From Ensifer sp. (GTDB lineage Bacteria > Pseudomonadota > Alphaproteobacteria > Rhizobiales > Rhizobiaceae), in the NCBI GenBank assembly GCA_050306195.1, contig JBNLGT010000003.1:1606-65605 (forward strand): a stretch of 64,000 bases of DNA, given 5' to 3'. Made by a program: the position numbers and the translations under genes. The notes beneath the pieces were generated by a model that did not search any database, was not told the origin of the DNA, and worked only from the letters and a program-made list of their open reading frames with translations. Below are positions 1 through 10,088 of the stretch, one piece after another (position 1 is the stretch's first letter; each line of letters opens with the position of its first letter).

Positions 1-532
1 TCAGGCGGCGAGCCGTTCCCTTTTCAAGATTACAAAAGGCATTGCGCCCCGGCCCGTAAATGCCCGATAGTCGAAGAATTGCGACTGGTAGGTCGAATTT
101 TTCAGAGAGTGCGCGCCAGTTACTTTCCGCCTCAACACGCTGAACGGACCTTTGCGAGACTGGCTTGCATGGCGTTTCTTCATCGACCCAGGCACCATCA
201 TGATCGCCGTAAACACCGACGGTAGAGAGATAACCCACCCATTGAAGCGCCGGCAGAAGCGCGCGAAGCCTTTCAGGCCCGAGCCCCAGCAACGGATCAC
301 CCGCTTCGCCCGGCGCAATCGATTGAACAAGATGCGTCGTTTCTTTCATGGCGATGGTCAGCTCTGCTGACGGCTCACCACCGTTATAGATATAGGGCGC
401 TATACCTGCCTGCCTGAGCGGTTGCATGTTTTCCGCACCGCGCGTCGTTCCGACAACCGAACTAAAAATGCCTTGTGCTTCTTTGGCAATGGCGCGACCA
501 GAATAGCCGCAGCCGGTAATCAGGAGTTTCAT
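1..532 (-). CDS. SDR/NAD-dependent epimerase-family oxidoreductase (3' end runs off the window)
   Basis: Not in the ORF track. Read manually from ATG at 532: MKLLITGCGYSGRAIAK (Rossmann GxGxxG) ... YLSTVGVYGDHDGAWVDE ... LRLSGIYGPGRN. The start lies 1 nt past the queG stop. Confidence 0.85.
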   Translation of the reverse strand, partial: MKLLITGCGYSGRAIAKEAQGIFSSVVGTTRGAENMQPLRQAGIAPYIYNGGEPSAELTIAMKETTHLVQSIAPGEAGDPLLGLGPERLRALLPALQWVGYLSTVGVYGDHDGAWVDEETPCKPVSQRSVQRVEAESNWRALSEKFDLPVAILRLSGIYGPGRNAFCNLEKGTARRL

Positions 533-533
533 A

Positions 534-1670
534 TCAAGTATCCAATTCGTTCAGTTCGGCCATTACAAGCGGGTCATTCTCTTCCGGTGGAAGATATCCT
601 GAAAGGGTGGAGGCTGGCATACCTTCCAGACGCGACAACGCCCATAGGGCCATGGCGCGCACCTCAGCGCTGGCATCATGGCAGAGCTGGCGGCACTGCC
701 CCGCCAAGGCATTGTTTCCAGAATTACCAGCCGCAATGAGACAGTTTCGAATGAAACGATCCCGTCCGACGCGTTTGACAGGAGATCCGACAAAGAACTT
801 GCGAAACGCTGCATCATCCAGCGTCAGCAAGAAACCCAGTTTCGGCTCTCTCAGGTCATCGCGCGCAGCAAGCTTCATTTCGCTGGCGGCGCTTGCGAAC
901 TTGTTCCAGGGACAGGCCGCCAGACAATCGTCGCAACCATAGATGCGGTTTCCCATCAATGGACGCAATTCCCTTGAAATGGGACCTTTATGTTCAATCG
1001 TCAGATAAGAAATGCAGCGCCGCGCGTCGATCTGATAAGGGGCCGGAAAAGCATTCGTGGGGCAGACATCCAGGCAGGCCCGGCAATTTCCGCAGTGGTC
1101 TGTTTCGGCTTCATCAACGGCGAGTTCCGCTGCGGTAAATATAGAGCCAATAAAGAACCAGGAACCAAGCTCGCGAGAGACAAGATTGGTATGCTTGCCC
1201 TGCCAGCCCAAGCCCGCCATCTGCGCCAAAGGCTTTTCCATGACCGGGGCAGTATCAACAAAGACCTTTACGTCGGCGTTGCTGCGCGACGCCAGTTTGC
1301 CCGCCAGCTCCTTGAGCTTGCCCTTGATGACGTCGTGATAATCACGGTTGCGGGCGTAGACTGAAATGGCGCCACAATCCGCCTTTTCATGCACGGCGCG
1401 GGGATCGTCCTGCGGACCATAATTCATGGTCAAAAGAATGACATTGCGCGCCTCGGGCCAAAGGACCTGAGGATCCGCCCGCCGGGCTTCGGTCTCCTCC
1501 ATCCAATCCATGGTGCCGTGATATCCGGAGCGAATAAACGAGGCCAGGTTTGATCTCGCATCCGCCCCCGCACTTGCAGGAGTTATCCTGCAGGCGTCAA
1601 AGCCCAGACGCGCGGCTTCCGATTTAACGAAGCCTGACAGTTTTTGCGCCCTAGAAATCGAGGTCCGCAT
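534..1670 (-). CDS. queG: Epoxyqueuosine reductase
   Basis: [18 protein letters not shown], the 4Fe-4S motifs [12 protein letters not shown] and [12 protein letters not shown], and a C-terminal HEAT-like segment. Confidence 0.95.
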   Translation of the reverse strand: MRTSISRAQKLSGFVKSEAARLGFDACRITPASAGADARSNLASFIRSGYHGTMDWMEETEARRADPQVLWPEARNVILLTMNYGPQDDPRAVHEKADCGAISVYARNRDYHDVIKGKLKELAGKLASRSNADVKVFVDTAPVMEKPLAQMAGLGWQGKHTNLVSRELGSWFFIGSIFTAAELAVDEAETDHCGNCRACLDVCPTNAFPAPYQIDARRCISYLTIEHKGPISRELRPLMGNRIYGCDDCLAACPWNKFASAASEMKLAARDDLREPKLGFLLTLDDAAFRKFFVGSPVKRVGRDRFIRNCLIAAGNSGNNALAGQCRQLCHDASAEVRAMALWALSRLEGMPASTLSGYLPPEENDPLVMAELNELDT

Positions 1671-2343
1671 AATGGGAAACCGGGGTCACGCCCCTTATCC
1701 TTTCTGCAAGCAGTGGCCGGAAAGAGGGGCGCGATTTGATACGCTGATACCAATCCTTTGCCTGCGGAGCCTCCCCCCAGTCAATTTCGCCTAGGTAGTC
1801 AAGAACAGAGAGAGCAGCTGCAGCGGCGAGATCGGCACAACTTAATCTATCCCCTGCCAGGTAAGTCCGGGTGCTGGCAAGCCATCCGATATATTTCATA
1901 TGCTGACGGATATTGGAGCGCGTCGCCCGCAACACCTTGGAATCCGGTGGTCCGCCTCCCCGGTCAGAGCGCATGAAAAGCTTGTCAACTCTCTCACGCA
2001 CAAGGGGCCTGGTCACATCGTTTTCCATCTTGGTGAGGAACCACTCTGTCAGGCGGCGGATTTCAGCGCGCTGAAACGCGTCATCATCCAGAAGCCGGCG
2101 GTCGCGCTTCAAAATGCCCACCGTCTCATCGAGAAATTCCATAATGACATAGGACCCGGCCAGAATGCGCATGCTATTATCAACGAGAACCGGCAATGTT
2201 CCTGCGGGATTAAGGGCCAGGAATTCCTTTCGACGGTCCCAAATCAACTCCTCCACCAGCTCCGCCTCGTAGCTGTATTCCCCCAGCACAAGCCGGATAA
2301 AGCGTGAGTGGGATGACATCGGAAAATGATAAAGTGTTGGCAT
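1651..2343 (-). CDS. fzlA: Glutathione S-transferase-fold protein, probable FtsZ-binding FzlA
   Basis: GST fold ([23 protein letters not shown]), C-terminal YADLDF tail and position upstream of queG, as I recall for alphaproteobacterial FzlA. Confidence 0.7.
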   Translation of the reverse strand: MPTLYHFPMSSHSRFIRLVLGEYSYEAELVEELIWDRRKEFLALNPAGTLPVLVDNSMRILAGSYVIMEFLDETVGILKRDRRLLDDDAFQRAEIRRLTEWFLTKMENDVTRPLVRERVDKLFMRSDRGGGPPDSKVLRATRSNIRQHMKYIGWLASTRTYLAGDRLSCADLAAAAALSVLDYLGEIDWGEAPQAKDWYQRIKSRPSFRPLLAERIRGVTPVSHYADLDF

Positions 2344-2497
2344 TCTCTTCTTTTCTTGCCACGTCTGAATGCTTCCTCATGACGCAGCCCATCGTTTAGA
2401 CTGGTCATGGCCCGCATGAAAAAGTTATAGGTTCTTGCCGTTTGTCAGACAAGCGAATCAGCTTCTTTCCTACATGCTATTGCGAGAAGGATAAATT

Positions 2498-3304
2498 ATG
2501 ACTGAATCTTCGGAATTCACGGCCCTTATTTTGGGTTTGATCGAAGGTTTGACCGAATTCATTCCGGTTTCATCGACAGCACATGTTCTTCTTGCGGGAC
2601 ATTTTCTCGGTTTCCAATCGACTGGACACACGTTTGAGGTCCTTATCCAGCTTGGCGCTATTCTGGCCATTTTGCTGGTTTATGCTGGCAAACTGATCCG
2701 AATCGCAATCGATCTGCCGACAAGCGAAAAGGCCCGCCGTTTTGTATTCTCGATCCTGCTGGCCTTTCTGCCCGCCGCCCTCATTGGGGCGCTTGCCCAC
2801 GACTTCATCAAATCCGTTCTGTTCGAATCGCCAGCGCTCATCTGCATCGTCCTCATTATTGGCGGCGTCATCCTTGCGGCTGTCGACAGGATGAAACTGG
2901 AACCCAAATATTTTGATGTGATGGATTATCCGCCGTCTCTCGCGTTCAAAATTGGCGTTTGCCAGTGCCTTGCAATGATACCCGGGACCTCGCGTTCGGG
3001 CGCGACAATTGCGGGCGCACTGCTGCTGGGAACAGACAAACGATCCGCAGCGGAATTCTCTTTCTTCCTCGCCATGCCAACCATGGTGGGCGCTTTCACA
3101 CTCGATCTATTGAAAAATTGGGACGCACTTACCTTCGACGAATTCACCACGATCGGCATCGGATTTGTCGCCGCTTTTATTTCGGGTCTTTTTGTTGTCC
3201 GTTCGCTGCTTAATTTTGTTTCAAAGCGCGGCTTTGCCGTCTTTGCCTGGTGGAGAATCCTTGTTGGATCAGCCGGACTTATCGGACTTTATCTGATGCA
3301 GTGA
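2498..3304 (+). CDS. uppP: Undecaprenyl-diphosphatase
   Basis: [14 protein letters not shown] and [10 protein letters not shown] BacA motifs; multiple TM segments. Confidence 0.95.
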   Translation: MTESSEFTALILGLIEGLTEFIPVSSTAHVLLAGHFLGFQSTGHTFEVLIQLGAILAILLVYAGKLIRIAIDLPTSEKARRFVFSILLAFLPAALIGALAHDFIKSVLFESPALICIVLIIGGVILAAVDRMKLEPKYFDVMDYPPSLAFKIGVCQCLAMIPGTSRSGATIAGALLLGTDKRSAAEFSFFLAMPTMVGAFTLDLLKNWDALTFDEFTTIGIGFVAAFISGLFVVRSLLNFVSKRGFAVFAWWRILVGSAGLIGLYLMQ

Positions 3305-3328
3305 TCCCAATCGCATGCATTATAATAG

Positions 3329-3352
3329 AAAAGGCCGGATGAGATCCGGCCT
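3329..3352 (+). terminator. uppP terminator hairpin with its T-tract cut off by the IS end
   Basis: AAA-AGGCCGGAT-GAG-ATCCGGCCT (9-bp stem), directly followed by the IS inverted repeat. Confidence 0.65.
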
Positions 3353-3370
3353 CAGACTGCTGACAAACCC
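3352..3370 (+). repeat. IS terminal inverted repeat (downstream of the transposase)
   Basis: TCAGACTGCTGACAAACCC, exact reverse complement of 4873-4891. Confidence 0.92.
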
Positions 3371-3466
3371 GCTGATTTTTGGCGGGTTTTGTTTTGTGAT
3401 TTTGCGGTTCTTGGTTTTGGCTTTTTGGGGGTTGGGTTATGAGGACGCAGACTGGTGCGTATGGCT

Positions 3467-4837
3467 TCACGCTTTGGCCGGTTTTGGCGGCTTTGTCAGA
3501 GCCATTGCGATCTTTTTGATGTTTTGCGCGGCAGCTGCCATGAGACATTGGCATGCGACGCGAACAAGACTTCGAAAGCGGGCGTAGCGATGCCCATGAA
3601 GCTGCTTGGCGTCGGCAAAGGAGCGCTCAACCGTTTCCTTGCGCCGCTTGTAGATGTTACGGCCCTTGTCCGTCAGCCGGTGGCTGTCGACACGCTCACG
3701 GGCGTCGGCCCAGACATGGCGGGTGATCGTGCGGATTGCCTTGGCGTTCGATGTGCAGGAAGCAAGAAGCGGACAGTCGCGGCAGATGGCAGGGTCCGAT
3801 GTGTAATGGTTATAGCCATTGCGATCCGTCGTGGCATAGGTGAGCAATTGTCCTTGCGGGCAGCGGTAGCCATCAGCGTCATGATCGAAAGCGAACGTCG
3901 ACTTGCGCATCATGCCGGGTGCGCCATGATTGGGCCTGCGGTAACCCGTCACTCCATAGATGCGGCGGTCCTCCAGCCCCTTGGCGATGCCCGCCGTGGC
4001 ATAGCCGGCATCCAAGCCAACCGCTCCGACATGAAAGCTAAAACGTTCCGTCTGCCGATCCAACCTGTCCAGATAGACGATACTGTCATGCACATTGGCC
4101 GGTGTCGTAAAGGTGTCGGTGATGATGCCAAGCTTACCGTCAACCGTGCGATGATCGAGATAAAAGAAGCCCTTCGGCTTGCCGTCACGCACCATGTAGC
4201 CGCTATCGGGATCGGTGCGTGATACCTTCGTTTCCTTAACCTCTGGCTCGCGCGCTTTCTCCTTCAGTGGTTTCTTGTCATGAAGGTCGCGTTCCGCATC
4301 AATCGCTCGATCCAGATCGGCCCAATAATCCGAGCGCGACTTGGCGATCATCTCAAGATCGTATTTGCCCTTGTTCGCATTGGCCTTCAGATGAGTGCTG
4401 TCTGTATAAAGAACCGTGCCATCTACAAGACCATGGCCAATCGCCTGTTCAACGATCTCATCAAAAATATCCTGTGCAACAGACGTATCGTTGAAACGCC
4501 GACGGCGGTTCTGGCTCAATGTCGAGGCGTCGAACACCTTGTCCGTCAGCTTCATCTGCAAGAACCACCGATAGGCGACATTCACCTCGATCTCCCGGAC
4601 CAACTGACGTTCCGAGCGGACACCAAACAGATAGCCGATGAACAGCGCCTTGAACATCAATGTCGGGTCCAAGGGCGGACGACCGTTGTCAGCGCAATAC
4701 AAATCCGCAACGCGATCGTGGATGAACGAGAAATCGATCACCGCATCTATCTTACGAAGCAGATGATCCTTCGGCACCAACCCATCGAGCGTTACCATCT
4801 CGAGGGCCGTCTGTTCGGGAGCAGGTTTCTTCAACAT
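3467..4837 (-). CDS. IS1182-family transposase
   Basis: N-terminal DHLLRKID...GRPPLDP...GVRSERQL...YRWF; DSTHLKANA; TDPDS; DAGY; Cys cluster (CPQG, CRDCPLLASC); YKRRKETVERSFADAK. Start set at MLKKP. Confidence 0.9.
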   Translation of the reverse strand: MLKKPAPEQTALEMVTLDGLVPKDHLLRKIDAVIDFSFIHDRVADLYCADNGRPPLDPTLMFKALFIGYLFGVRSERQLVREIEVNVAYRWFLQMKLTDKVFDASTLSQNRRRRFNDTSVAQDIFDEIVEQAIGHGLVDGTVLYTDSTHLKANANKGKYDLEMIAKSRSDYWADLDRAIDAERDLHDKKPLKEKAREPEVKETKVSRTDPDSGYMVRDGKPKGFFYLDHRTVDGKLGIITDTFTTPANVHDSIVYLDRLDRQTERFSFHVGAVGLDAGYATAGIAKGLEDRRIYGVTGYRRPNHGAPGMMRKSTFAFDHDADGYRCPQGQLLTYATTDRNGYNHYTSDPAICRDCPLLASCTSNAKAIRTITRHVWADARERVDSHRLTDKGRNIYKRRKETVERSFADAKQLHGHRYARFRSLVRVACQCLMAAAAQNIKKIAMALTKPPKPAKA

Positions 4838-4872
4838 GTCCCAATGAATCACAAAACCCCCAGCCAAGCTAG

Positions 4873-4891
4873 GGGTTTGTCAGCAGTCTGA
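4873..4891 (-). repeat. IS terminal inverted repeat (upstream of the transposase)
   Basis: GGGTTTGTCAGCAGTCTGA. Confidence 0.92.
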
Positions 4892-4917
4892 AAAACCCGG
4901 CCTGAGGCCGGGTTTTT
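4891..4917 (-). terminator. Intrinsic (bidirectional-type) terminator of the DUF4167 gene
   Basis: AAAAACCCGGCC-TGA-GGCCGGGTTTTT perfect 12-bp stem, 6 nt after the stop codon. Confidence 0.85.
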
Positions 4918-4923
4918 GAAGTT

Positions 4924-5496
4924 CTATTCGCCAGCTTCCGCCAGGACCTGATCGCTCGATGGACTTTCTCCACCTTCAGCGTCATTTGAACCCTCATCAG
5001 CATTATTCTGCTGACGGCGCGGGCGACGCTGACGCGGCTGCCGGCGAGGCCGCTCAACTTCCGGCGACGGCTCTTCACTTTCCAGCGCGACTTCGGCAGG
5101 TACGCCCTCAATCACAGGCTGCGGACCGCTACCATCAGAAGCGTTATCAACGGACGCGTCTTTGGCGCTCTCAGCGCTATCGGCGTTTTCACTATCCGAG
5201 TTGTCCGGCCGTTCATCGCGTTGGTAACGTTCCTGCATTTGCGCCTGCGCTGCAGCTATAATGCGGTTATAATGTTCCGCGTGCTGCAAATAATTTTCCG
5301 CCATGACCCTGTCACCAACGCCTTGGGCATCCCGTGCAAGCTGTGCATACTTTTCGGCAATATGCTGGGCAGTTCCGCGGATTTTGACGTCCGGTCCCGA
5401 ACTGTCATAGGTCCGTGTGAGCGGATTCGTCCCCTTGCGGCCGTTGTTTCCGTTGTTACGTCCACGGCCGCGCTTATTCTGCTGTCCTGACCTCAT
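4924..5496 (-). CDS. DUF4167 domain protein
   Basis: YDSSGPDVKIRGTAQHIAEKYAQLARDA...AENYLQHAEHY, with a disordered R/N-rich N-terminus and acidic tail; downstream of prmC. Confidence 0.9.
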   Translation of the reverse strand: MRSGQQNKRGRGRNNGNNGRKGTNPLTRTYDSSGPDVKIRGTAQHIAEKYAQLARDAQGVGDRVMAENYLQHAEHYNRIIAAAQAQMQERYQRDERPDNSDSENADSAESAKDASVDNASDGSGPQPVIEGVPAEVALESEEPSPEVERPRRQPRQRRPRRQQNNADEGSNDAEGGESPSSDQVLAEAGE

Positions 5497-5740
5497 ATAT
5501 AACTACCTGATTTTCCCGCTTACAAATTAAATCGGCGCGAAGCATCTGCTCCAATCGAGCGTGTCCCCAAAAGCTGAAAACTCACGCCAGTCACGCAAAC
5601 CTGCCAATCGCGAAAGCTGGAGCACCATTTCCATTCCAGGAAAGGTTGAACCTCAGCAACTCTTTTAAGAGAGCAAAAGCCTGAGCGGAAACCAGCAGGG
5701 ATCAATTCGTCCGCTATTTCTCGCTCGCTGCGCAAGAACC

Positions 5741-5769
5741 AAACTATCTTGCTTAAAGGGCAATTCCAA
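5741..5769 (-). promoter_or_regulatory. Putative sigma70 promoter for the DUF4167 gene
   Basis: Minus strand TTGGAA-N17-TAGTTT. Confidence 0.4.
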
Positions 5770-5811
5770 GTGTTTTTTTTACAGCGCTAAAAATTCGAGG
5801 ATTTGTAAGGC

Positions 5812-6669
5812 CTACCAGCGACTGAAAAGCAATGCCCTGTCGTTGCCCGCCAAATCCTTTGCCGCGCCCTGCAACTTGTACCCACACACATCAAATACCC
5901 AGGAGACGTCGCGCTTCTGCCGCCAACCGATCTCCACAGCAAGCAAGCCTTCATCAGCAAGATAGTCTGCTGCGCGTTCCGCAATGATGCGGTAAGCCGA
6001 AAGTCCATCCGGTCCGCCGTCAAGGGCTACCCGAGGATCAAACTGCTGCACCTCGGCAGACAGGGTTTCGATTTCGCGGCTTTCGATATAAGGCGGGTTC
6101 GAGACAATCACATCAAACCGACCATCCACATTTTCAAACCAGTCGCTCACTTTGGCTTCGAACCGACCATCAAGCCCCAGTTTTTCGGCATTTTTTCGGG
6201 CGGTCGCAACAGCGTCTTCCGAAATATCCACACCAACTCCTGTCGCATTGGGCAGCAGCTCAAGCAGAGAGAGAACGATAATCCCAGTTCCCGTTCCAAG
6301 ATCCAGAATGCGGCATGGCCTTTCTTCATCGCCCTGCGCATCAAGCACCATATCGACAAGTGTCTCGGTATCCTGTCTGGGCTCCAGCGTCCCAGGCGAA
6401 AGCAGAAATGGTAAGCCATAGAAAAACCGCTCCCCAAGAATGCGGTAGACCGGCTCGCCAGCCAGTCGCCGCTCGACGCCGTCCTGTATTCGCTGCCAGT
6501 CCTGCGAGCTGAGAATACGTTTTTCCTGAATAATGAAATCCGCAGACGAAAGGCCCAATATCCCTGAAATCAGCACGCGTGCATCCAGAGCAGCGCCCGG
6601 AACGTTGGCGTCCTCGAAGGTGCTGCGTACCTGCTTCAACGCCTCGTCAATGTTGGGTCGCTTATCCAT
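5812..6669 (-). CDS. prmC: Release factor glutamine methyltransferase
   Basis: LDLGTGTG and VSNPPY motifs; overlaps the prfA stop. Confidence 0.95.
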   Translation of the reverse strand: MDKRPNIDEALKQVRSTFEDANVPGAALDARVLISGILGLSSADFIIQEKRILSSQDWQRIQDGVERRLAGEPVYRILGERFFYGLPFLLSPGTLEPRQDTETLVDMVLDAQGDEERPCRILDLGTGTGIIVLSLLELLPNATGVGVDISEDAVATARKNAEKLGLDGRFEAKVSDWFENVDGRFDVIVSNPPYIESREIETLSAEVQQFDPRVALDGGPDGLSAYRIIAERAADYLADEGLLAVEIGWRQKRDVSWVFDVCGYKLQGAAKDLAGNDRALLFSRW

Positions 6670-7738
6670 CGGCGAGCTGGGCCAATTGTCCGGCCTGGTA
6701 ATCAGCGATCAATGCATCCACCACTTCGTCCAAATCCCCCTCCATCACTCGATCCAACTTATAGAGCGTTAAATTAATACGATGATCCGTAACGCGTCCT
6801 TGCGGAAAATTATAGGTGCGAATTCGCTCAGAACGATCTCCCGAGCCAACCTGGCTTTTGCGAGAAGCCGAACGTTCCGCATCCGCCTTCTGACGCTCCA
6901 TATCATAAAGTCTGGCTTTCAGAACCTGCATTGCCTTCGCCCGATTCTGGTGCTGCGACTTTTCCGAGCTCGTCACAACGATGCCGGTCGGCAAATGTGT
7001 GATCCGCACAGCAGAGTCAGTGGTGTTCACATGCTGCCCGCCTGCGCCGGACGAACGCATCGTGTCCACCCGTATATCCTCCTGCCGAACTTCGATATCG
7101 ATGTCTTCGGCTTCAGGCAGCACGGCGACGGTTGCTGCGGATGTATGAATACGCCCGCCCGATTCCGTCTCGGGAACACGCTGCACCCGGTGCACACCGG
7201 ATTCAAATTTCAACTTGGCGAATACGCCGCGACCGCTGATGGTTGCGATGATTTCCTTGTAACCGCCTGCTTCGCCCTCGCTTTCGGAAAGCACTTCAAC
7301 CTTCCACCCATGAGCTGACGAGAAACGTTCGTACATGCGGAAAAGATCACCGGCAAAAAGGGCGGCTTCCGAACCGCCCGTCCCCGCTCGAATTTCCAGG
7401 ATTGCACTTTTTTCGTCCGCCGCATCCTTGGGCAGAAGCAGGATTTGCATTTCCTCCTCCAACCCCTCAATCCGCTCCTTCAGGTCCGGGATTTCCATCT
7501 CGGCCAATTCACGCATTTCACGGTCGTTCGATTTATCGGCCAGCAATTCTTCCAGATCGGAAAGTTCCTGCCCTACCTTTTGAAAATCCCGTATCTTCTT
7601 TACCACCGGCTCAAGTTCGGAATATTCAGCAGCCAGTTTCACATAGACGTCTGGGGCAGGCCCCGCCGACATACGCGCCTCAATCTCGCCGAAGCGGCGT
7701 TCCAGTTCGCGCATTTTTTCAACAGGAAGCTTCGCCAT
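6662..7738 (-). CDS. prfA: Peptide chain release factor 1
   Basis: GGQ motif (SGAGGQHVN), PET tripeptide, [14 protein letters not shown]; start set at MAKLP. Confidence 0.97.
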   Translation of the reverse strand: MAKLPVEKMRELERRFGEIEARMSAGPAPDVYVKLAAEYSELEPVVKKIRDFQKVGQELSDLEELLADKSNDREMRELAEMEIPDLKERIEGLEEEMQILLLPKDAADEKSAILEIRAGTGGSEAALFAGDLFRMYERFSSAHGWKVEVLSESEGEAGGYKEIIATISGRGVFAKLKFESGVHRVQRVPETESGGRIHTSAATVAVLPEAEDIDIEVRQEDIRVDTMRSSGAGGQHVNTTDSAVRITHLPTGIVVTSSEKSQHQNRAKAMQVLKARLYDMERQKADAERSASRKSQVGSGDRSERIRTYNFPQGRVTDHRINLTLYKLDRVMEGDLDEVVDALIADYQAGQLAQLADG

Positions 7739-7745
7739 GTGGGTC

Positions 7746-10013
7746 CTAAAGCGGAATATTGTTCGCTTCCGCAAAATGCATGAGCGTTTCGCGTAAGGGG
7801 GTCTTCGACTTCGTATCGTCGAGCGCGGGATGAATCAAGGCGGCAAGCTTGGCGACATCAAGACCCAGCAACATCGCCTTCACCGGCCCGATTGAAGCCG
7901 GAGACATGGAGATCGCGCGGAAACCGATGCCGATCAACGCCATAGCGGAAAGCGGACGCCCCGCCATCTCACCACAAAGCGTCACAGGCGTCTGATTACG
8001 CTCGGACGCCCGAACGATGTCGCGCAGCATACGAAGGAACGGGCGGCTTAAAACATCAAAACGGTCCGCAACCCTTGCATTGCCACGATCCACCGCCATG
8101 GCAAACTGGAAAAGATCGTTGGAGCCAACGGAAACAAAATCCACCGCTGCCATCAATTCATCCAATTGCCAAAGAAGCGACGGAACCTCCAGCATGGCCC
8201 CAACTTTGAAGCTCTTGGGCAAGCGGTAACCATGGCGGGACAGAAATTCCATTTCCCGATCCAGAAGATTGCGAACTTCAGCAATCTCCCTGACAACCGT
8301 CACCATGGGGATCATAATCTTCAATTCATGATCGGCGGCGGCGCGCAGCAGCGCACGAAGCTGCAGACGCAGGAGCCCCGGCCGGTCGAGCGCAAGGCGA
8401 ATTGCCCGCCAGCCGAGCGCCGGGTTTTCCTCTTCTGCCCCACGGAAATAGGGCACAACCTTGTCGCCGCCAATATCGAGCGTACGGAACGTCACCGGTC
8501 GCCCAGCGGCGTTTTTCAAGACATTGCGATAGAACGCTTCCTGCTCTTCCACCTTGGGCATTGTGGAAGCAATCATGAACTGAAGTTCTGTTCGAAACAG
8601 CCCAATGCCTTGCGCACCGGAGCCGTCAAGCTGCGGCAGGTCGACTAGTAGACCGGCATTCATCAGAAGGTCGACACGTTGGCCATCCGTCGAAATCGGC
8701 TCGACCGAACGCAGGGCGCGGAACTGCTCCTGCCGGCGCGCCCTGAACCGCGCCTTTTCCTCATAGGATTTCTGCAAATCGGAAAGAGGCCTGAGGTGGA
8801 CCTTTCCATCGTCGCCATCGATGATGATTGAATCACCGTTTTCAGCCAGCGCCACGACACCGGCCGCCTGTCCCACTACGGGTACGCCCATGGCGCGCGC
8901 AACGATAACAACATGGCTTGTGACAGCGCCTTCTTCCAGCACTAGGCCACGAATACTCTCGCGTGGATAATCCAAAAGCTCCGCGGCACCCATTGCGCGC
9001 GCAACAATAATGGCATCCGCCGGAAAACCTTCGCCGCCGCCCTTCGGACCGTAACCCGTCAACTGACGCAATAGCCGGTTCGCCAGATCTTCAAAATCAT
9101 GCATGCGCTCGCGAAGATATGGATCTGTCAGGCGCATCATGCGCGCCTTGGTGTCGCTTTGCACCTTTTCGACCGCAGCTTCGGCTGTCAGGCCGTTGCG
9201 GATAGCCTCTTCCAGCTTCCGCACCCAACCACGGTCATGGGCAAACATACGGTAGGTTTCGAGAACTTCCCGATGCTCCCCTTCCATGGAAACATCACGG
9301 CGAGACAACAGGTCATCAATGGAAATTCTCAGTGAGCCGAGTGACTCGCTCAAGCGCTTCAACTCATGTTCCGTATCGTCATTCAGCAGATTGGTGACAA
9401 CAATACGCGGTTCGTGCAGCACAACGAAGCCAAGCCCCAGACCGTCGCCGTAGCTGTCGCCGTCAACGGTCACCGGTCTGTTGGTATCAAGTTCAAGGCC
9501 CGGCTTGGCGATTTTCTTCAACTCGCCGGTGGCAATCATTTCAGCCAGAACCATGGCGATGGTTTCCAGCGCCTCCACGTCTTCCTCGCGATAGGAATGA
9601 TGTTCGCGGTTCTGGACAACCAAAACGCCCAACGCACGCCCGACACGCAGAATCGGCACACCGAGGAATGAATGAAAGATTTCTTCGCCCGTTTCCGGCA
9701 GGTATCGGAAAGCAGGGTGGGACTGGGCGTCAGAAAGATTTAACGGCTGAGCGCTTGCGGCAATCGTGCCGACAAGGCCTTGACCCATTTTCAATTGTGC
9801 GTGGTGAACGGAGTCCTTTTTCAGGCCTTCAGTCGCATAAAGCTCAAGCACACCGTCTGCGCGCAGAACATAAACAGAGCAAACCTCCGCCACCATGTTC
9901 TGGGCAATATGCCTGACAATCTGATCAAGACGTTCCTGCGGCTCAAGCGGCTCCGCCATCAGCTCTCTGAGCCGCTTGAGCAGAGTACGCGGACCTCTTG
10001 GAAGGTCTGCCAT
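7746..10013 (-). CDS. ptsP: PEP-protein phosphotransferase EI-Ntr (GAF + EI)
   Basis: N-terminal GAF; TSHVVIVAR phospho-His; GIGLFRTE; [11 protein letters not shown]; SVGSNDL. Confidence 0.95.
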   Translation of the reverse strand: MADLPRGPRTLLKRLRELMAEPLEPQERLDQIVRHIAQNMVAEVCSVYVLRADGVLELYATEGLKKDSVHHAQLKMGQGLVGTIAASAQPLNLSDAQSHPAFRYLPETGEEIFHSFLGVPILRVGRALGVLVVQNREHHSYREEDVEALETIAMVLAEMIATGELKKIAKPGLELDTNRPVTVDGDSYGDGLGLGFVVLHEPRIVVTNLLNDDTEHELKRLSESLGSLRISIDDLLSRRDVSMEGEHREVLETYRMFAHDRGWVRKLEEAIRNGLTAEAAVEKVQSDTKARMMRLTDPYLRERMHDFEDLANRLLRQLTGYGPKGGGEGFPADAIIVARAMGAAELLDYPRESIRGLVLEEGAVTSHVVIVARAMGVPVVGQAAGVVALAENGDSIIIDGDDGKVHLRPLSDLQKSYEEKARFRARRQEQFRALRSVEPISTDGQRVDLLMNAGLLVDLPQLDGSGAQGIGLFRTELQFMIASTMPKVEEQEAFYRNVLKNAAGRPVTFRTLDIGGDKVVPYFRGAEEENPALGWRAIRLALDRPGLLRLQLRALLRAAADHELKIMIPMVTVVREIAEVRNLLDREMEFLSRHGYRLPKSFKVGAMLEVPSLLWQLDELMAAVDFVSVGSNDLFQFAMAVDRGNARVADRFDVLSRPFLRMLRDIVRASERNQTPVTLCGEMAGRPLSAMALIGIGFRAISMSPASIGPVKAMLLGLDVAKLAALIHPALDDTKSKTPLRETLMHFAEANNIPL

Positions 10014-10088
10014 GCGCTGCCGCTCCCCGATTTTAATATCCGCCGGTCTTCAACCGCTCTTCAGACCGGCAAAGACCAAGCTCTCAAT

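Larger units (their letters stand above)
3352..4891 (-). mobile_element. IS1182-family insertion sequence, about 1.54 kb
   Basis: Single DDE transposase bounded by perfect 19-bp terminal inverted repeats; no flanking direct repeat seen. Confidence 0.9.

Noticed and set aside
1-370. ORF-track entries 1..330(-) and 152..370(+)
   Set aside because: They are off-frame or antisense shadows of the SDR gene that starts at 532 and runs off the window.
3455-4891. Two long + strand ORFs (255 and 203 aa) antisense to the transposase
   Set aside because: No recognisable motifs; long antisense frames are expected from codon bias in GC-rich genes.
3346-4903. CCGGCCT present on both sides of the IS (3346-3352 and 4897-4903) as a possible target duplication
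   Set aside because: The right copy is separated from the TIR by 5 nt and both copies lie in GC-rich terminator stems, so this is not a canonical direct repeat.
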